Origin: a virus
IMG/VR virus record: IMGVR_UViG_3300006928_000001
Coordinates: 32,001-96,000 of that record
DNA: 64,000 nt
Strand: one strand, 5' to 3'
A program made the translations under genes and the position numbers. Of this stretch, positions 49,501-59,076 are shown piece after piece (position 1 is the first letter of the stretch; the number at the start of each line of letters is the position of its first letter). Under the pieces are notes generated by a model. It saw only the letters and a program-made list of their open reading frames with translations, did no database searches and was not told the DNA's origin.

Positions 49501-49929
49501 ATGTCTACGGAAATTTCACGACAGGAATTCATCAAGTCGATCGCACCTACTTCGCGCGTATGTCTAGTCGGGAGTACCCGGTATTTGGCCGACTTCATTA
49601 AGTGGAATGCTGAGCTGACGAAGGTTGGTAGTATCGTACTGTCCATTTCGTGTGTTTTGCATGACAAAGATGCTAACGAATTCATGGCTGACAGGCTGGA
49701 TGATGTACACAAGAGGAAAATTGACATTAGCCACTGCGTTCTGGTGATGGACCCGTTGCCAGACGTGTATACAGGGAAGTCTACGGCTAGCGAGCTTGAG
49801 TACGCTGAATCTAGGCAGAAAGAAGTGTTCCGGTTGTCGAAGTGGGGTGTGCACGAAGTAAATCTAGAGGACGAGCTTCGAAGGCAGCTGTGTATCACTC
49901 CGAAGATGAGGTTTGACCGTGGGAAGTAA
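49501..49929 (+). CDS. nucleoside 2-deoxyribosyltransferase-like (flavodoxin-fold) protein
   Basis: VCLVGSTRY, LDDVHKRKID, YTGKSTASELEYA with the family Glu. Confidence 0.65.
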   Translation: MSTEISRQEFIKSIAPTSRVCLVGSTRYLADFIKWNAELTKVGSIVLSISCVLHDKDANEFMADRLDDVHKRKIDISHCVLVMDPLPDVYTGKSTASELEYAESRQKEVFRLSKWGVHEVNLEDELRRQLCITPKMRFDRGK

Positions 49930-50383
49930 GCAGGCGTACACCTTGGGATTTGGTATCGGCCCTTTTCAAGACGATATTCAAACCATCATGGTGCGGAAGC
50001 GAGCATCTAGTGAAGTTCCTGCCTCCGTTAGAGGGATGCTCAATGCCCCTGGTGGTCATGTTGAACCGAACGAGATGCCTGTTGAAGGGATGATCCGTGA
50101 GTATGAGGAGGAGACTGGGCTCTATGTAGCAGTCCAGAGATGGCATCAGTTTGCCACTGTTTTCGGCAATAATTACAGGCTTCACTGTTTCAGGGCAGTA
50201 ATCTCCCCGATTGAGTTTGGAGCGGCGCTGATGCATACTGGTACTAGTGAGCCTACTGAGGCTGTTTCAATTCCTCTGATGGGTCAAATGAATGATTTGG
50301 CACTCCACGTGGTTTGGCTAGCACCAATGGCCTGTGATATGACCATTAAGGGCTGTGCTAACATTCATCTGGAGGGCGCGTGA
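49913..50383 (+). CDS. Nudix hydrolase
   Basis: Nudix box GGHVEPNEMPVEGMIREYEEETGL. Confidence 0.85.
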   Translation: MTVGSKQAYTLGFGIGPFQDDIQTIMVRKRASSEVPASVRGMLNAPGGHVEPNEMPVEGMIREYEEETGLYVAVQRWHQFATVFGNNYRLHCFRAVISPIEFGAALMHTGTSEPTEAVSIPLMGQMNDLALHVVWLAPMACDMTIKGCANIHLEGA

Positions 50384-51168
50384 ATATCTATCCTACTAGT
50401 TTGGACCCTGAAAAGGCCGCTAGGGCATGTTGTGACGTCCATACTAGCAAAATGATGCTCGAAACAGCTCAGATGCTCAATACTGCGGCTCTAGCCCTTG
50501 GATACGATGATCCAGTTTACGGAAAGATGTCGCCAGGCGACAAGTGTACCGTGTGGGTTGGTAAGTCTCGTGAAAATTGGGACTGGATGGTTGAGCACGG
50601 CATGGCTTACTTTGACGAATTTCAAAAGAGAAAGAAAAAGGGCCATAAGGCGTTTATCGGGCTACTTTGGGCTAAGCAGCTCAACCCAGAGAAGGATAGG
50701 TTCCCATTCGAGGGCCTAACCCCCTTCCCGATGAAGGTTTGGCCGCGCGTAGAACTTGTTCCACAGCACCCTCAGGAGTGCGTGCCCGTGTACAAGAGGT
50801 ACTACGGACGCAAAGAAGAGGCTTGGATGATCGTGGCGAAGGCTGAGGCACTTATCCGTCTAGCGGCTGGACATCGCCTCAGTAAAGGCTCTAGGCCCAT
50901 TATGGAATGGACTGAGCCTGGTTTTCGACCAGATTGGATGCCGGAAAGGCCTGAAAGTTGGTCGTGGATTCCAAATGATCAGTTTATCTCTGAAGCGATT
51001 CAGTACGCGGACAGCAATCCTGACATGTTTGATAGATCACAAATGGGGTTTGCTGCCTTTAAGCGGGTAGCTGTTAACCACCGGCAGTGGTTTGTCAATC
51101 TCGCGTCGCAGGACTTCGAAAACGTTGATGTGGAAGTCGCCAAAGAACTGATTAGACTCGCCTCTTAG
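50380..51168 (+). CDS. pyrimidine-dimer DNA glycosylase / endonuclease V-like protein
   Basis: MNIY...DP..AA...CD.H..KM.LETAQML.TA, CTVW...S.EN..W, EF..R...H. Confidence 0.7.
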   Translation: MNIYPTSLDPEKAARACCDVHTSKMMLETAQMLNTAALALGYDDPVYGKMSPGDKCTVWVGKSRENWDWMVEHGMAYFDEFQKRKKKGHKAFIGLLWAKQLNPEKDRFPFEGLTPFPMKVWPRVELVPQHPQECVPVYKRYYGRKEEAWMIVAKAEALIRLAAGHRLSKGSRPIMEWTEPGFRPDWMPERPESWSWIPNDQFISEAIQYADSNPDMFDRSQMGFAAFKRVAVNHRQWFVNLASQDFENVDVEVAKELIRLAS

Positions 51169-51177
51169 GAGGCAGTA

Positions 51178-51726
51178 ATGCGTATTCTGCTCTACGATAA
51201 TACTCAGGGCTTTATGTCGTGGATTTGGTGGCTTGGGTCTTTCCTGTCTTCGTGGGACCACAAGGCAGGCGTAGCTTCTTGGGATGAAGCTATCACTGAA
51301 GCCGCTAAGTGTAGAGCGCCAGTACGAGAAATCCAGTTTTGGGGACATGGTGTCGCCGGGTCCCCACTCATTAACGGTTTCTCTGTTTCGTCAGAGATGT
51401 TGTATGGGCTAGCAGAAGCGGCTAGATTTCGACGGGTAGCTAACCCGTTTATTTGGTTCCGCTGCTGCGAAGTTTTTTCGCGGTCCAGTGGTGAGCGATT
51501 CGCTATCGCAGCTGTTCGTGCAACAAACGCCACGATTATTGCTCATACAAGAGTAATCGGCATTTTTCAGTCCGGTGGTTACGCACTTCGACCCGGAGAG
51601 TGTGTTTGGTGGGACTCGTACGAGGGCATTGATAATAATACGGGTAGAACAACTAGATCACAGCCGTGGTATAAGAATACCATTTTCGCTTTTCGAATGA
51701 GTGTTCCGCATTCCTGGTGGAGATAA
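51178..51726 (+). CDS. DUF4347/caspase-like fold protein (His-Gly...Cys)
   Basis: EIQFWGHG...IWFRCC...GERFA. Confidence 0.45.
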   Translation: MRILLYDNTQGFMSWIWWLGSFLSSWDHKAGVASWDEAITEAAKCRAPVREIQFWGHGVAGSPLINGFSVSSEMLYGLAEAARFRRVANPFIWFRCCEVFSRSSGERFAIAAVRATNATIIAHTRVIGIFQSGGYALRPGECVWWDSYEGIDNNTGRTTRSQPWYKNTIFAFRMSVPHSWWR

Positions 51727-51728
51727 AC

Positions 51729-52403
51729 ATGCTTACGTACTTTCTACTGGTCTTCTTTCTGATCGTGGTCGGTGTACCAGTGGTGAATTTTTTCATCAAT
51801 TTCATCGACCAAAAGAAGCTCGGTTTGGTGGTTTTTGGTGCAGTTACCACAGTTGTTGTTGGTTCCATTTTCTACGGTGTTTTTCTTGTAGAACCTGTTG
51901 TACCTAAGGTTAGGTACTCGAAAGACGCCATTCCAGTTCGTCTATGTGGTTCTATGCTAGACCAGATGATGATTTTGGAATCTATTCGTGAAGATACTGT
52001 TCCTCAGTGCGAGATTGAGTGGCTTTACGCTGAAGGTGCCTGCGGTTGTCAGCCCGCGGGCAAGCATGATGTTCCTTACCACTTTGTAGAGTGGGTTGAG
52101 AGCCCTACAGACGAAAATAGAGGCTTTACACCACGAGTTGCTGGATCACAGAAGTGGATTGACGAAGACGGTAAAGAAGTTACCGTTGGTGAGCTTAAGG
52201 GTGGTTGTACGCGTAGTACTCAGAACCTTAAGAGCATGCGACATGAACTCGTTCACATTTGTGGATACCATCACGCAATTGGTAATGCCGTTACAAAAAA
52301 TGTGCGTGGTCACGTGATGAGTCGAGACACTGATTCGATTGGGGACGATACACGTGGTCTGGACGTCGACCATGATGCCCTGTACACTCCATTTATCGAG
52401 TAG
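51729..52403 (+). CDS. membrane-anchored metzincin-like protease
   Basis: Two N-terminal TM segments; HELVHICGYHH and a downstream HVM Met-turn. Confidence 0.6.
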   Translation: MLTYFLLVFFLIVVGVPVVNFFINFIDQKKLGLVVFGAVTTVVVGSIFYGVFLVEPVVPKVRYSKDAIPVRLCGSMLDQMMILESIREDTVPQCEIEWLYAEGACGCQPAGKHDVPYHFVEWVESPTDENRGFTPRVAGSQKWIDEDGKEVTVGELKGGCTRSTQNLKSMRHELVHICGYHHAIGNAVTKNVRGHVMSRDTDSIGDDTRGLDVDHDALYTPFIE

Positions 52404-52412
52404 GAGTCAGTC

Positions 52413-52739
52413 TTGGCCGCGACCCCGATTGCTGTTGATGGCACTACCACTAAAATCACGTTGCCATTGAACACTGCTGGTAAGCAGTTGATTCCGATGA
52501 AGGGTGCTGATTTTGAGGACAAGGTCATTTTGTTCCATTGGCCTGTTGCCAGTGAGGACGTTGCCAACGTGGTTTACGTCCTCATGGGCGCCGAAGATGC
52601 AGCAGACGACTCTTCTGCTCTTCTTGCTGTGCCTCTAAGGCCCGATTCCGAATGGAAGGCAGTTTGGCCCATCACGTCTGACGCTAACCTAGTGGTGTAT
52701 GGCTCTTCTGATTTTGACATTCTCACCACGGTGCTCTGA
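52413..52739 (+). CDS. small virion-like protein
   Basis: AGGAG SD; coupled to the fibre gene. Confidence 0.5.
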   Translation: MAATPIAVDGTTTKITLPLNTAGKQLIPMKGADFEDKVILFHWPVASEDVANVVYVLMGAEDAADDSSALLAVPLRPDSEWKAVWPITSDANLVVYGSSDFDILTTVL

Positions 52740-54526
52740 TGCGTAGAGGTTCCAACGTCTGGAACACACTCGCTAGACTGGGTGGAGGCGTCAACCTAGG
52801 TCTGTACGCCGTTATTGCGGCACTTTCCAGTAGCGGCAGTGGCGGAGCTGCTGTTACGTACGCTGTCGCCGATCAAGGCGGCCAGAGCGCGGGCGACCGC
52901 TACGGATCCTGGCCCACGCTCACGGTGGGCGCCGACGACATTGTGCTCGACCCCTACACCGGCGAGTATGCGGCGGTCGATGCCGGATACGAGGTCGGCG
53001 ACGAGGTGGGTGAAGGCCAGGCGTACGTGGGCGGCGTCGGGAAGGGTGACGGCACCTTCGCCATCTATGGTGAGCCTGCGAGCCAGCGGCGGCAAGGCTT
53101 CGACCAGATGGATTTCACCAACAATGTTGGCGTGACGCTGGCCGGCGACGCCCATACCTTCATCGGTCGAGCAGCTCTCGGCCCTGGGTCTTCGACAGGA
53201 GAGAACCCATTTTTCGGCATCGACGCGTCCGACCATCGGTGGGGGATTCAGTTCGTCAGCGCCAACGAGTTGAATGCGCGCCTGTTCGACAACTCCACGG
53301 TGCGGGCAACGGCTACGATCACGAGTGGCTCTGCGTTTGCCGCTGGCGAGACCGTCGTTGTTGCGGGCACGCAGGACAGTGAAGCCACGGCGACGACGCA
53401 GCTGATCGCCTGGCAGGACGATGGAAACGAGATCGACCGAGCGTCCGCGACATGGGGTGGCGGCGTCACCTCGCTTGCTGGCGAGTACCGAATCGGCCGA
53501 GGTCGTGGAGGCGGGGACTTCGTCAACGGCACCGTCCAGGTCTTGGGGGGAGTCGATGGATCGGCGCTCACCTTCGCACAGATGGAAGCGCTAGAACTAC
53601 TGGTCAACGCGTCCCAGGATGCTGACGAGTTGACGCTGCTGGCCCCCATCGCGTGGGTCGACGGCGAGATCCGCGGCCTCTACTCCCGCGCGGCCGATGA
53701 GATCCTACCCGAGCTGTCCGGCGCTGGGGATCTGCCCCTCGTCGTGGTGCCCGAGGAGGCCGGGCCGACGTACACGCAGCCGTCCGAGGTGGCGGGGCTC
53801 GTCGCCGACTTCGATGCCTACCGAGGCGCGACCTACTCGGGAACGACGCTGACGGGGTGCCGCGACTTCGGACCGAATCGCTGGGACCTAACACACGCAT
53901 CCACCGTGGGTCAGCGAACCGTCGACATGATCGGTCGCAGCGTCTTCCTGCCAGGGACCGGTGGTGGCACCTACCTGGAGCGGGCGATCACCACGACGGT
54001 GGAGGATTTCACCCTCATCTGTTCCATTCCGATCTCGTCGTACAGCTCGACAGGACGGAAGTATTTTTCCTGGAACGTCGCCGCAATCGCCACGTGGGGT
54101 CTGGAAATCGGCCAGGCCAGCTCGACCACGATGTCGGTGCTGGACCACACCGGCGCAGTCGTTGGCTCTCCCATCGTGCACGGGTCTCGGACGTCGGGCA
54201 ACGGCGCACAGGCCCATGCAGTGCTCGTCGTGCGTCGGACCGTTGGTGGTAACGTCCTGATCGACGCCTGGTACGACCAGGACACGGGTGCCGGGGTCGT
54301 GCGCTCTACGCAGGTGGTCGCGGCCGACAGCTTCGCCGCGGCGATCGCCGTCACGGGCGTGTCGCTCGGTGGCCGGTACGGCTCCAGCCCGGGCAGCTGG
54401 AACGCGTTCAGTGGCGTCCATCGGGTCACCTGGCACGACAGCGCCCTCGATGATGACGACGTGGTAGCATTGGTGAAGGCCGCTATGGCACGTACCGGAA
54501 ATGATCCTGACTCCGTGACTATTTAA
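52739..54526 (+). CDS. fibre/adhesin-like virion protein with two ConA/LamG-like beta-sandwich domains
   Basis: G/T/A/V-rich; IGRG..DFVNGTV...ALT and LVADFDA...WHDSALDDDDV end motifs; high GC. Confidence 0.55.
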   Translation: MRRGSNVWNTLARLGGGVNLGLYAVIAALSSSGSGGAAVTYAVADQGGQSAGDRYGSWPTLTVGADDIVLDPYTGEYAAVDAGYEVGDEVGEGQAYVGGVGKGDGTFAIYGEPASQRRQGFDQMDFTNNVGVTLAGDAHTFIGRAALGPGSSTGENPFFGIDASDHRWGIQFVSANELNARLFDNSTVRATATITSGSAFAAGETVVVAGTQDSEATATTQLIAWQDDGNEIDRASATWGGGVTSLAGEYRIGRGRGGGDFVNGTVQVLGGVDGSALTFAQMEALELLVNASQDADELTLLAPIAWVDGEIRGLYSRAADEILPELSGAGDLPLVVVPEEAGPTYTQPSEVAGLVADFDAYRGATYSGTTLTGCRDFGPNRWDLTHASTVGQRTVDMIGRSVFLPGTGGGTYLERAITTTVEDFTLICSIPISSYSSTGRKYFSWNVAAIATWGLEIGQASSTTMSVLDHTGAVVGSPIVHGSRTSGNGAQAHAVLVVRRTVGGNVLIDAWYDQDTGAGVVRSTQVVAADSFAAAIAVTGVSLGGRYGSSPGSWNAFSGVHRVTWHDSALDDDDVVALVKAAMARTGNDPDSVTI

Positions 54527-54765
54527 ACGGGACTTAAGATGTTCATTATGTTTACTGCTAACGGCTTTGGTGCTGTTCAACTAGACGGAGCTATTGGTGA
54601 TCTTTCTTGGGAACCCAACCAAGACTTTGATGATGACGACAAGAACGGGCGTAAACCTCGTGGTGACGCTATTCAGTACGGCTCTGATTCTGGCGAGAGT
54701 CGTCGTCGGAAGCGTAATCAGCGGCGTAACAACCGTATGCTTGGGCGAGGAATGGTTCTAGTCTG

Positions 54766-55176
54766 ATGGTGTACCGTGCTATTGAAAAGCCTAAGCCTCC
54801 TGAGAATCCAAAAGTTCGATTGAGTAGGTTTAAGCGTGATCATGTTAGAATTATCGAGGTTCTTAGATGGTTGCGCCGCCATAATGGAATGGCACATATC
54901 GATACCAACGATTTTTTTAGGCACATGGCCTTTCGCGGCATGGTTGACCCATTTGAAGGGATGATTGGAGGCATTGAACGCCCACTCAGCTCTACGAATA
55001 AGACTAGAGCGGTGTTCAACAGAGTCAAGACTCTTATGCTAGATTTGGGTCTAGCAGAAAAAGCCCCATCTAAGAAGGCAGATCGTATCAATCACAAGTT
55101 GATCATGACTCATGACGGTGCCGATACCCTCAGGGACTGGGAGAACGAAGATGCTAGAGGCATCTACGTGCCATGA
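54766..55176 (+). CDS. basic protein, possible winged-helix regulator
   Basis: FNRVKTLMLDLGLAEK...LIMTHDG. Confidence 0.4.
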   Translation: MVYRAIEKPKPPENPKVRLSRFKRDHVRIIEVLRWLRRHNGMAHIDTNDFFRHMAFRGMVDPFEGMIGGIERPLSSTNKTRAVFNRVKTLMLDLGLAEKAPSKKADRINHKLIMTHDGADTLRDWENEDARGIYVP

Positions 55177-55215
55177 AGTTCGAACTGTAGCGAACTTCGC
55201 AGTACCCTTTCGGTA

Positions 55216-55244
55216 TGGACGCAACCATCATCAAGAGGTAAACT
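55216..55244 (+). promoter_or_regulatory. promoter for the head operon
   Basis: TGGACG-N17-TAAACT, preceded by an 8-bp hairpin at 55175-55198. Confidence 0.55.
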
Positions 55245-55272
55245 GTCTAGGTACGAAGTCGGAGCGCTGGTC

Positions 55273-56196
55273 TTGAGTACTGAAGCTGCCACTCAGATTG
55301 CCATTCAGATCGCCATGAAGGCAGACCTACTTAGGTCTGATCTTCGTGAGGGTCTTGTGTGGTTTGTCAACTACGCAGCGCTTGATCCGACTTCCATCAA
55401 GGTCGATGACCTGGACCTTCATGGTGCAGGAATGCTTCCTGAAGACGTCGAAAAGTTCGCTCATCGTTGGCTTGGGTACAGTCGTTCTATCGACATCAAT
55501 CATGATGGAGTCGGTCGACCTATCCATGTTATCGAGTCCTTCTTTAACTCCGAAGATGTTAAGGCTGCATCATGGCCTATCAACTCCCATGCAGTTCGGT
55601 TTAACATCTCTCAAAGTCAGGAAGCCATGGACGGAATGCGTAATGGAACACTCAACAGTGTTTCTCTAGACGCATTGACCTTTAACAAGGTTGTAAGGCT
55701 TCCTGCCGCAGAAGCTAAGGCGTTCGCTCCAAATCAGGAGCCATTCGTCCCGCCCACTACGGTTAAGAAGTGGGCGGAAGAGCTTGCGCAAGATGGATAT
55801 CCTGGTATTACCGGGGTTAAGCAAGTTGGTGACGGGATGTTTATTGCACAGCGATCGTGCGGACTTCCCGTTGCTATCACCATAAAGAACGGTGGCCTTG
55901 AAGCCAGTGCGGCATCTGGACCTTGGGCTCACATCGGAATGGCTCTCTGTACGTCTCCTTCTTTGACCAGGAACGCTATTCGACTTCCTGATGGCCCACA
56001 AGGTCAGCAGACCACCTTGATTGACTCTTCTGTAGTTGACAAGATGCTTGCAGAACAGGGACTTTCCACCCCGGAACAGCGTGTTTCGGCGCTAGAAGCC
56101 TATATCGAATCTATCTCTGGCGGAATTGCTGGAGCTGCAGGCGGCGACCCTGATCCCATTCCTGGACTTCTCGAAGACGGGATGGAGATTACATGA
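55273..56196 (+). CDS. XkdF-like prohead protease
   Basis: LVW...Y...DLHG..M.PEDVEKFAH.W...IDINH...VIESF...GTLNSVS. Confidence 0.7.
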   Translation: MSTEAATQIAIQIAMKADLLRSDLREGLVWFVNYAALDPTSIKVDDLDLHGAGMLPEDVEKFAHRWLGYSRSIDINHDGVGRPIHVIESFFNSEDVKAASWPINSHAVRFNISQSQEAMDGMRNGTLNSVSLDALTFNKVVRLPAAEAKAFAPNQEPFVPPTTVKKWAEELAQDGYPGITGVKQVGDGMFIAQRSCGLPVAITIKNGGLEASAASGPWAHIGMALCTSPSLTRNAIRLPDGPQGQQTTLIDSSVVDKMLAEQGLSTPEQRVSALEAYIESISGGIAGAAGGDPDPIPGLLEDGMEIT

Positions 56197-57545
56197 CTAC
56201 TAGGCGCAAGCTCGAAATCGGTCCTGATGGGATGGCTGATGTCATGATTCTCACTGAGCCTATTCCTAGGCATCTATCAGTGGTGAATTGGGGTGCTAAT
56301 AACCGCCCCGCTGAGTCTTGGAAAAGCGCAGAGATGACAGAAACCTCTAAGAGTACTCTACGAGAATTTCCTGCAGAAGTACTTCGCATGGACGGTTTCA
56401 ATATGGAACGTGTTCAAGGGTTCCTTAGCGAGACTCTCGACGCGTTTTCCACAGTCGCTGCAGATATTCTCAGCAAGCCTTTGACTGCTGCTGAACGTTC
56501 TGCTCAAATTCGCGCAATTGCAAGTCAGGCTGGAGCCCGAGTCGCAGCATTCGCTTTTGCGGCTGGTCCAGCTGTTAAGGCTATCGCTAAGACTTACAAG
56601 ACTGTCGGTCTTAAGCCCCCTGCACCTCAGGAAAATTCGACGCTTCAGGCTGAGCTTGATCGTCGTCAATTCATGTCTGCCGTTGAGCAGTACAACGCGT
56701 CTATTACTGACGAAGTTCTTTCCGTCATTCGCGACGCATCCACTCCGTCTTCTGCTACCGAGTCCATTCTGTCACTATTCGGTGATATGGGCAGTCTTTT
56801 CTCTAAGTGGGCAGCAGCCCTTCCTGATGGTGTTGTCGGCGTTAAGCAGACTGCTCCTGAAGAGACTAAGAACGCTGGAGCCCGTCACAGTAAGGGTGAT
56901 AAGGCTAAGCTGAAGGCGGCGCTAGACGCCATTTCTGCTCTCCTCGACGGGGACGACGAAAATCAACCGACTTCTACGGAGAATTCCGCCATGAACATCA
57001 GCATTAAGGACCTTCAGGCTCTCGCTGAAGAGAACCCCGTCGGTCTGGTCCACGCGATCAAGACCGCTTTCGAGCAGGCTGCTAAGATGGCTCCTGAAAC
57101 GACCAAGAAGTTCTCTTGGGGCGATACTGGAGTTGAGCAGCACGATCCTTCGGCTATCATCAACGAGCTTATCGGCTTCCAGGGTGGCGAAGCCATTGGT
57201 CGTGTCATTGCTGGTGCTGTCGCTGGTATCGACGTTGGCTCGATGGCAGAGCGTGATAACGTCCAGGTCGCTTCTACTATGCGCTCCGGTATTGTCGCTC
57301 ACTGCGCAGCCGAGATTAAGGCTAACCCTAAGGGTGAGCTCGCTGAAGCACTCAAGACGGCTATGGCTGAGGATATCGGCGAGGCTGTTGAGGCTTCCCT
57401 CAAGGCTCTGCTTGAAGGCATGACGCCTGATGATGGCGGTACTGATTCCGCGCCTGGTGCGTTTGGTCTCGGTGGCCTTCGCCCCGCTCCGACTGAGAAG
57501 TCGGAATCTGATCCTTTCAAGGTTGTGTACCCCGGTCAGGGCTGA
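56193..57545 (+). CDS. capsid scaffold-like protein with an N-terminal protease-type SxV..GAN motif
   Basis: RHLSVVNWGANNRP followed by an Ala-rich helical region; directly upstream of the capsid gene. Confidence 0.55.
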   Translation: MTTRRKLEIGPDGMADVMILTEPIPRHLSVVNWGANNRPAESWKSAEMTETSKSTLREFPAEVLRMDGFNMERVQGFLSETLDAFSTVAADILSKPLTAAERSAQIRAIASQAGARVAAFAFAAGPAVKAIAKTYKTVGLKPPAPQENSTLQAELDRRQFMSAVEQYNASITDEVLSVIRDASTPSSATESILSLFGDMGSLFSKWAAALPDGVVGVKQTAPEETKNAGARHSKGDKAKLKAALDAISALLDGDDENQPTSTENSAMNISIKDLQALAEENPVGLVHAIKTAFEQAAKMAPETTKKFSWGDTGVEQHDPSAIINELIGFQGGEAIGRVIAGAVAGIDVGSMAERDNVQVASTMRSGIVAHCAAEIKANPKGELAEALKTAMAEDIGEAVEASLKALLEGMTPDDGGTDSAPGAFGLGGLRPAPTEKSESDPFKVVYPGQG

Positions 57546-57589
57546 TACTTTAACCACGATTCCTTCCTCTTCGATCCAGGAGACTCACG

Positions 57590-59008
57590 ATGGGCGACGC
57601 CATCAAGAACCAGGCCCTTGCGGCCGTTCAGAACCTCATCGGTGGCGGCATGCCGGTTCGCACCGAGAACAACGCGAGCCCTGTGACCCCACAAGGTAGC
57701 CAGAATCCCGGGGAAGCTCCTGTAGCTACTTTCCGCGGTACAGGCTATCTGGGTGTCGACGACGAGCCTGCTGGCTCGGCTTTGAACCCTCAGGCACAGC
57801 TCGGACTTTTCAGCAAGATTCGTAGTGAGAGTCAGTGGCTTCGGTACACGACTTTCCGGCCGGTCGACGCTTCTCAGGGCTTTATTGACCTGTGGGATGA
57901 TCGTGGCTTTCGGATGAAGCCTACTGCGAAGGAAGGCCCGCGTCCGAATATTCCTCTGCACAAGCCCGATGTGTCGCAGACTCAGTTCAGTACGAACACT
58001 CTTTCCGGTGCTTTTGGACTTCGTTTGCCGTCTATTCGTGCAGCAGCCAAGGCTGGTCAGAACGTCAACGCACTCGTTCAGCGTGGTGTGTCTGCGGGGA
58101 TTGCTAATGTCCTCGCTGATATTGGTGTGAACGGCAACTCTGGTCTTCCTTCTGATACTGATGAGAACGCTCAGCGTTCTACTTGTGACGGTTGGTATCA
58201 GAAGATGCGGGATAACAGCCCGAACTATCAGGGTCAGGCGAACGGTTTTGGGTACCACAATGGTCTGTGGGCTGGTATGCTGCATCAGATTGATAAGGCA
58301 TACCGTAACCATCCTGGTCTTGCGTGGGGTCTTACCGACACTCTGTCCAGCCGGTGGCTGACTGAGCTCTCTGCTACTGGTTCTAACCCCAGTAACGCTC
58401 ATCCGAGTATCGTTAACAACCTCGGTAGCAACCTGCTTAACGCTGTTGGTACCCAGGCGAATCCACTCGGTAAGTTTGGTGTCATCATGCCGCAGCTTGA
58501 TGACCAGATGTGGAGCTCTGATGAGGGTTACGACGGTATCGCTCCTACGTCTATCACGGACAATGGTGATGGCACTCTGACGATTAACGTCAACTCGCTT
58601 GCTGATAGCGGTACTGACCGCTCCAGCACTGGTGACGACGGTCAGCGTTACATGGTCATTGGTTGCGCCGATACTGGCGTTGAAGAGATCGTTGAAGTCG
58701 ATTACTCTGCGCCAAACAACACGGTGGATACTACCTCTCTGCTTGGTCAGAACACGGCTAGCACGACCGCTAGTGACTACTACATCCGTTGGGCTGATTG
58801 TCAGTCTCTCTTCCTTGGGCCCTGGCAGTACCTTGCTCTGGTCGCTCAGCACGGAATGCGCATCTACACGGTGTTCTACCCGCACGATGAGACCATCGAG
58901 GTTATCATCCACGCTGATATTGACTACGTCGTTATTGATTACGAGGCGACTAGCCTTGTTGACGACCTCATCTCCCCGCAGTTCGACATTCTCCCCGTCA
59001 CCGTCTGA
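57590..59008 (+). CDS. major capsid protein (HK97 fold, P2 GpN-like)
   Basis: ALNPQ...F, IANVLADIGVNGN...DGWYQK, IDKAYR; strong codon bias; AGGAG SD; position after protease and scaffold. Confidence 0.75.
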   Translation: MGDAIKNQALAAVQNLIGGGMPVRTENNASPVTPQGSQNPGEAPVATFRGTGYLGVDDEPAGSALNPQAQLGLFSKIRSESQWLRYTTFRPVDASQGFIDLWDDRGFRMKPTAKEGPRPNIPLHKPDVSQTQFSTNTLSGAFGLRLPSIRAAAKAGQNVNALVQRGVSAGIANVLADIGVNGNSGLPSDTDENAQRSTCDGWYQKMRDNSPNYQGQANGFGYHNGLWAGMLHQIDKAYRNHPGLAWGLTDTLSSRWLTELSATGSNPSNAHPSIVNNLGSNLLNAVGTQANPLGKFGVIMPQLDDQMWSSDEGYDGIAPTSITDNGDGTLTINVNSLADSGTDRSSTGDDGQRYMVIGCADTGVEEIVEVDYSAPNNTVDTTSLLGQNTASTTASDYYIRWADCQSLFLGPWQYLALVAQHGMRIYTVFYPHDETIEVIIHADIDYVVIDYEATSLVDDLISPQFDILPVTV

Positions 59009-59076
59009 GGTTAATCGTTCTTGAGTTCACTGTCATAACTGCCAAAGCTCAACATCCGTTTCATTCTTGTCGTAGA

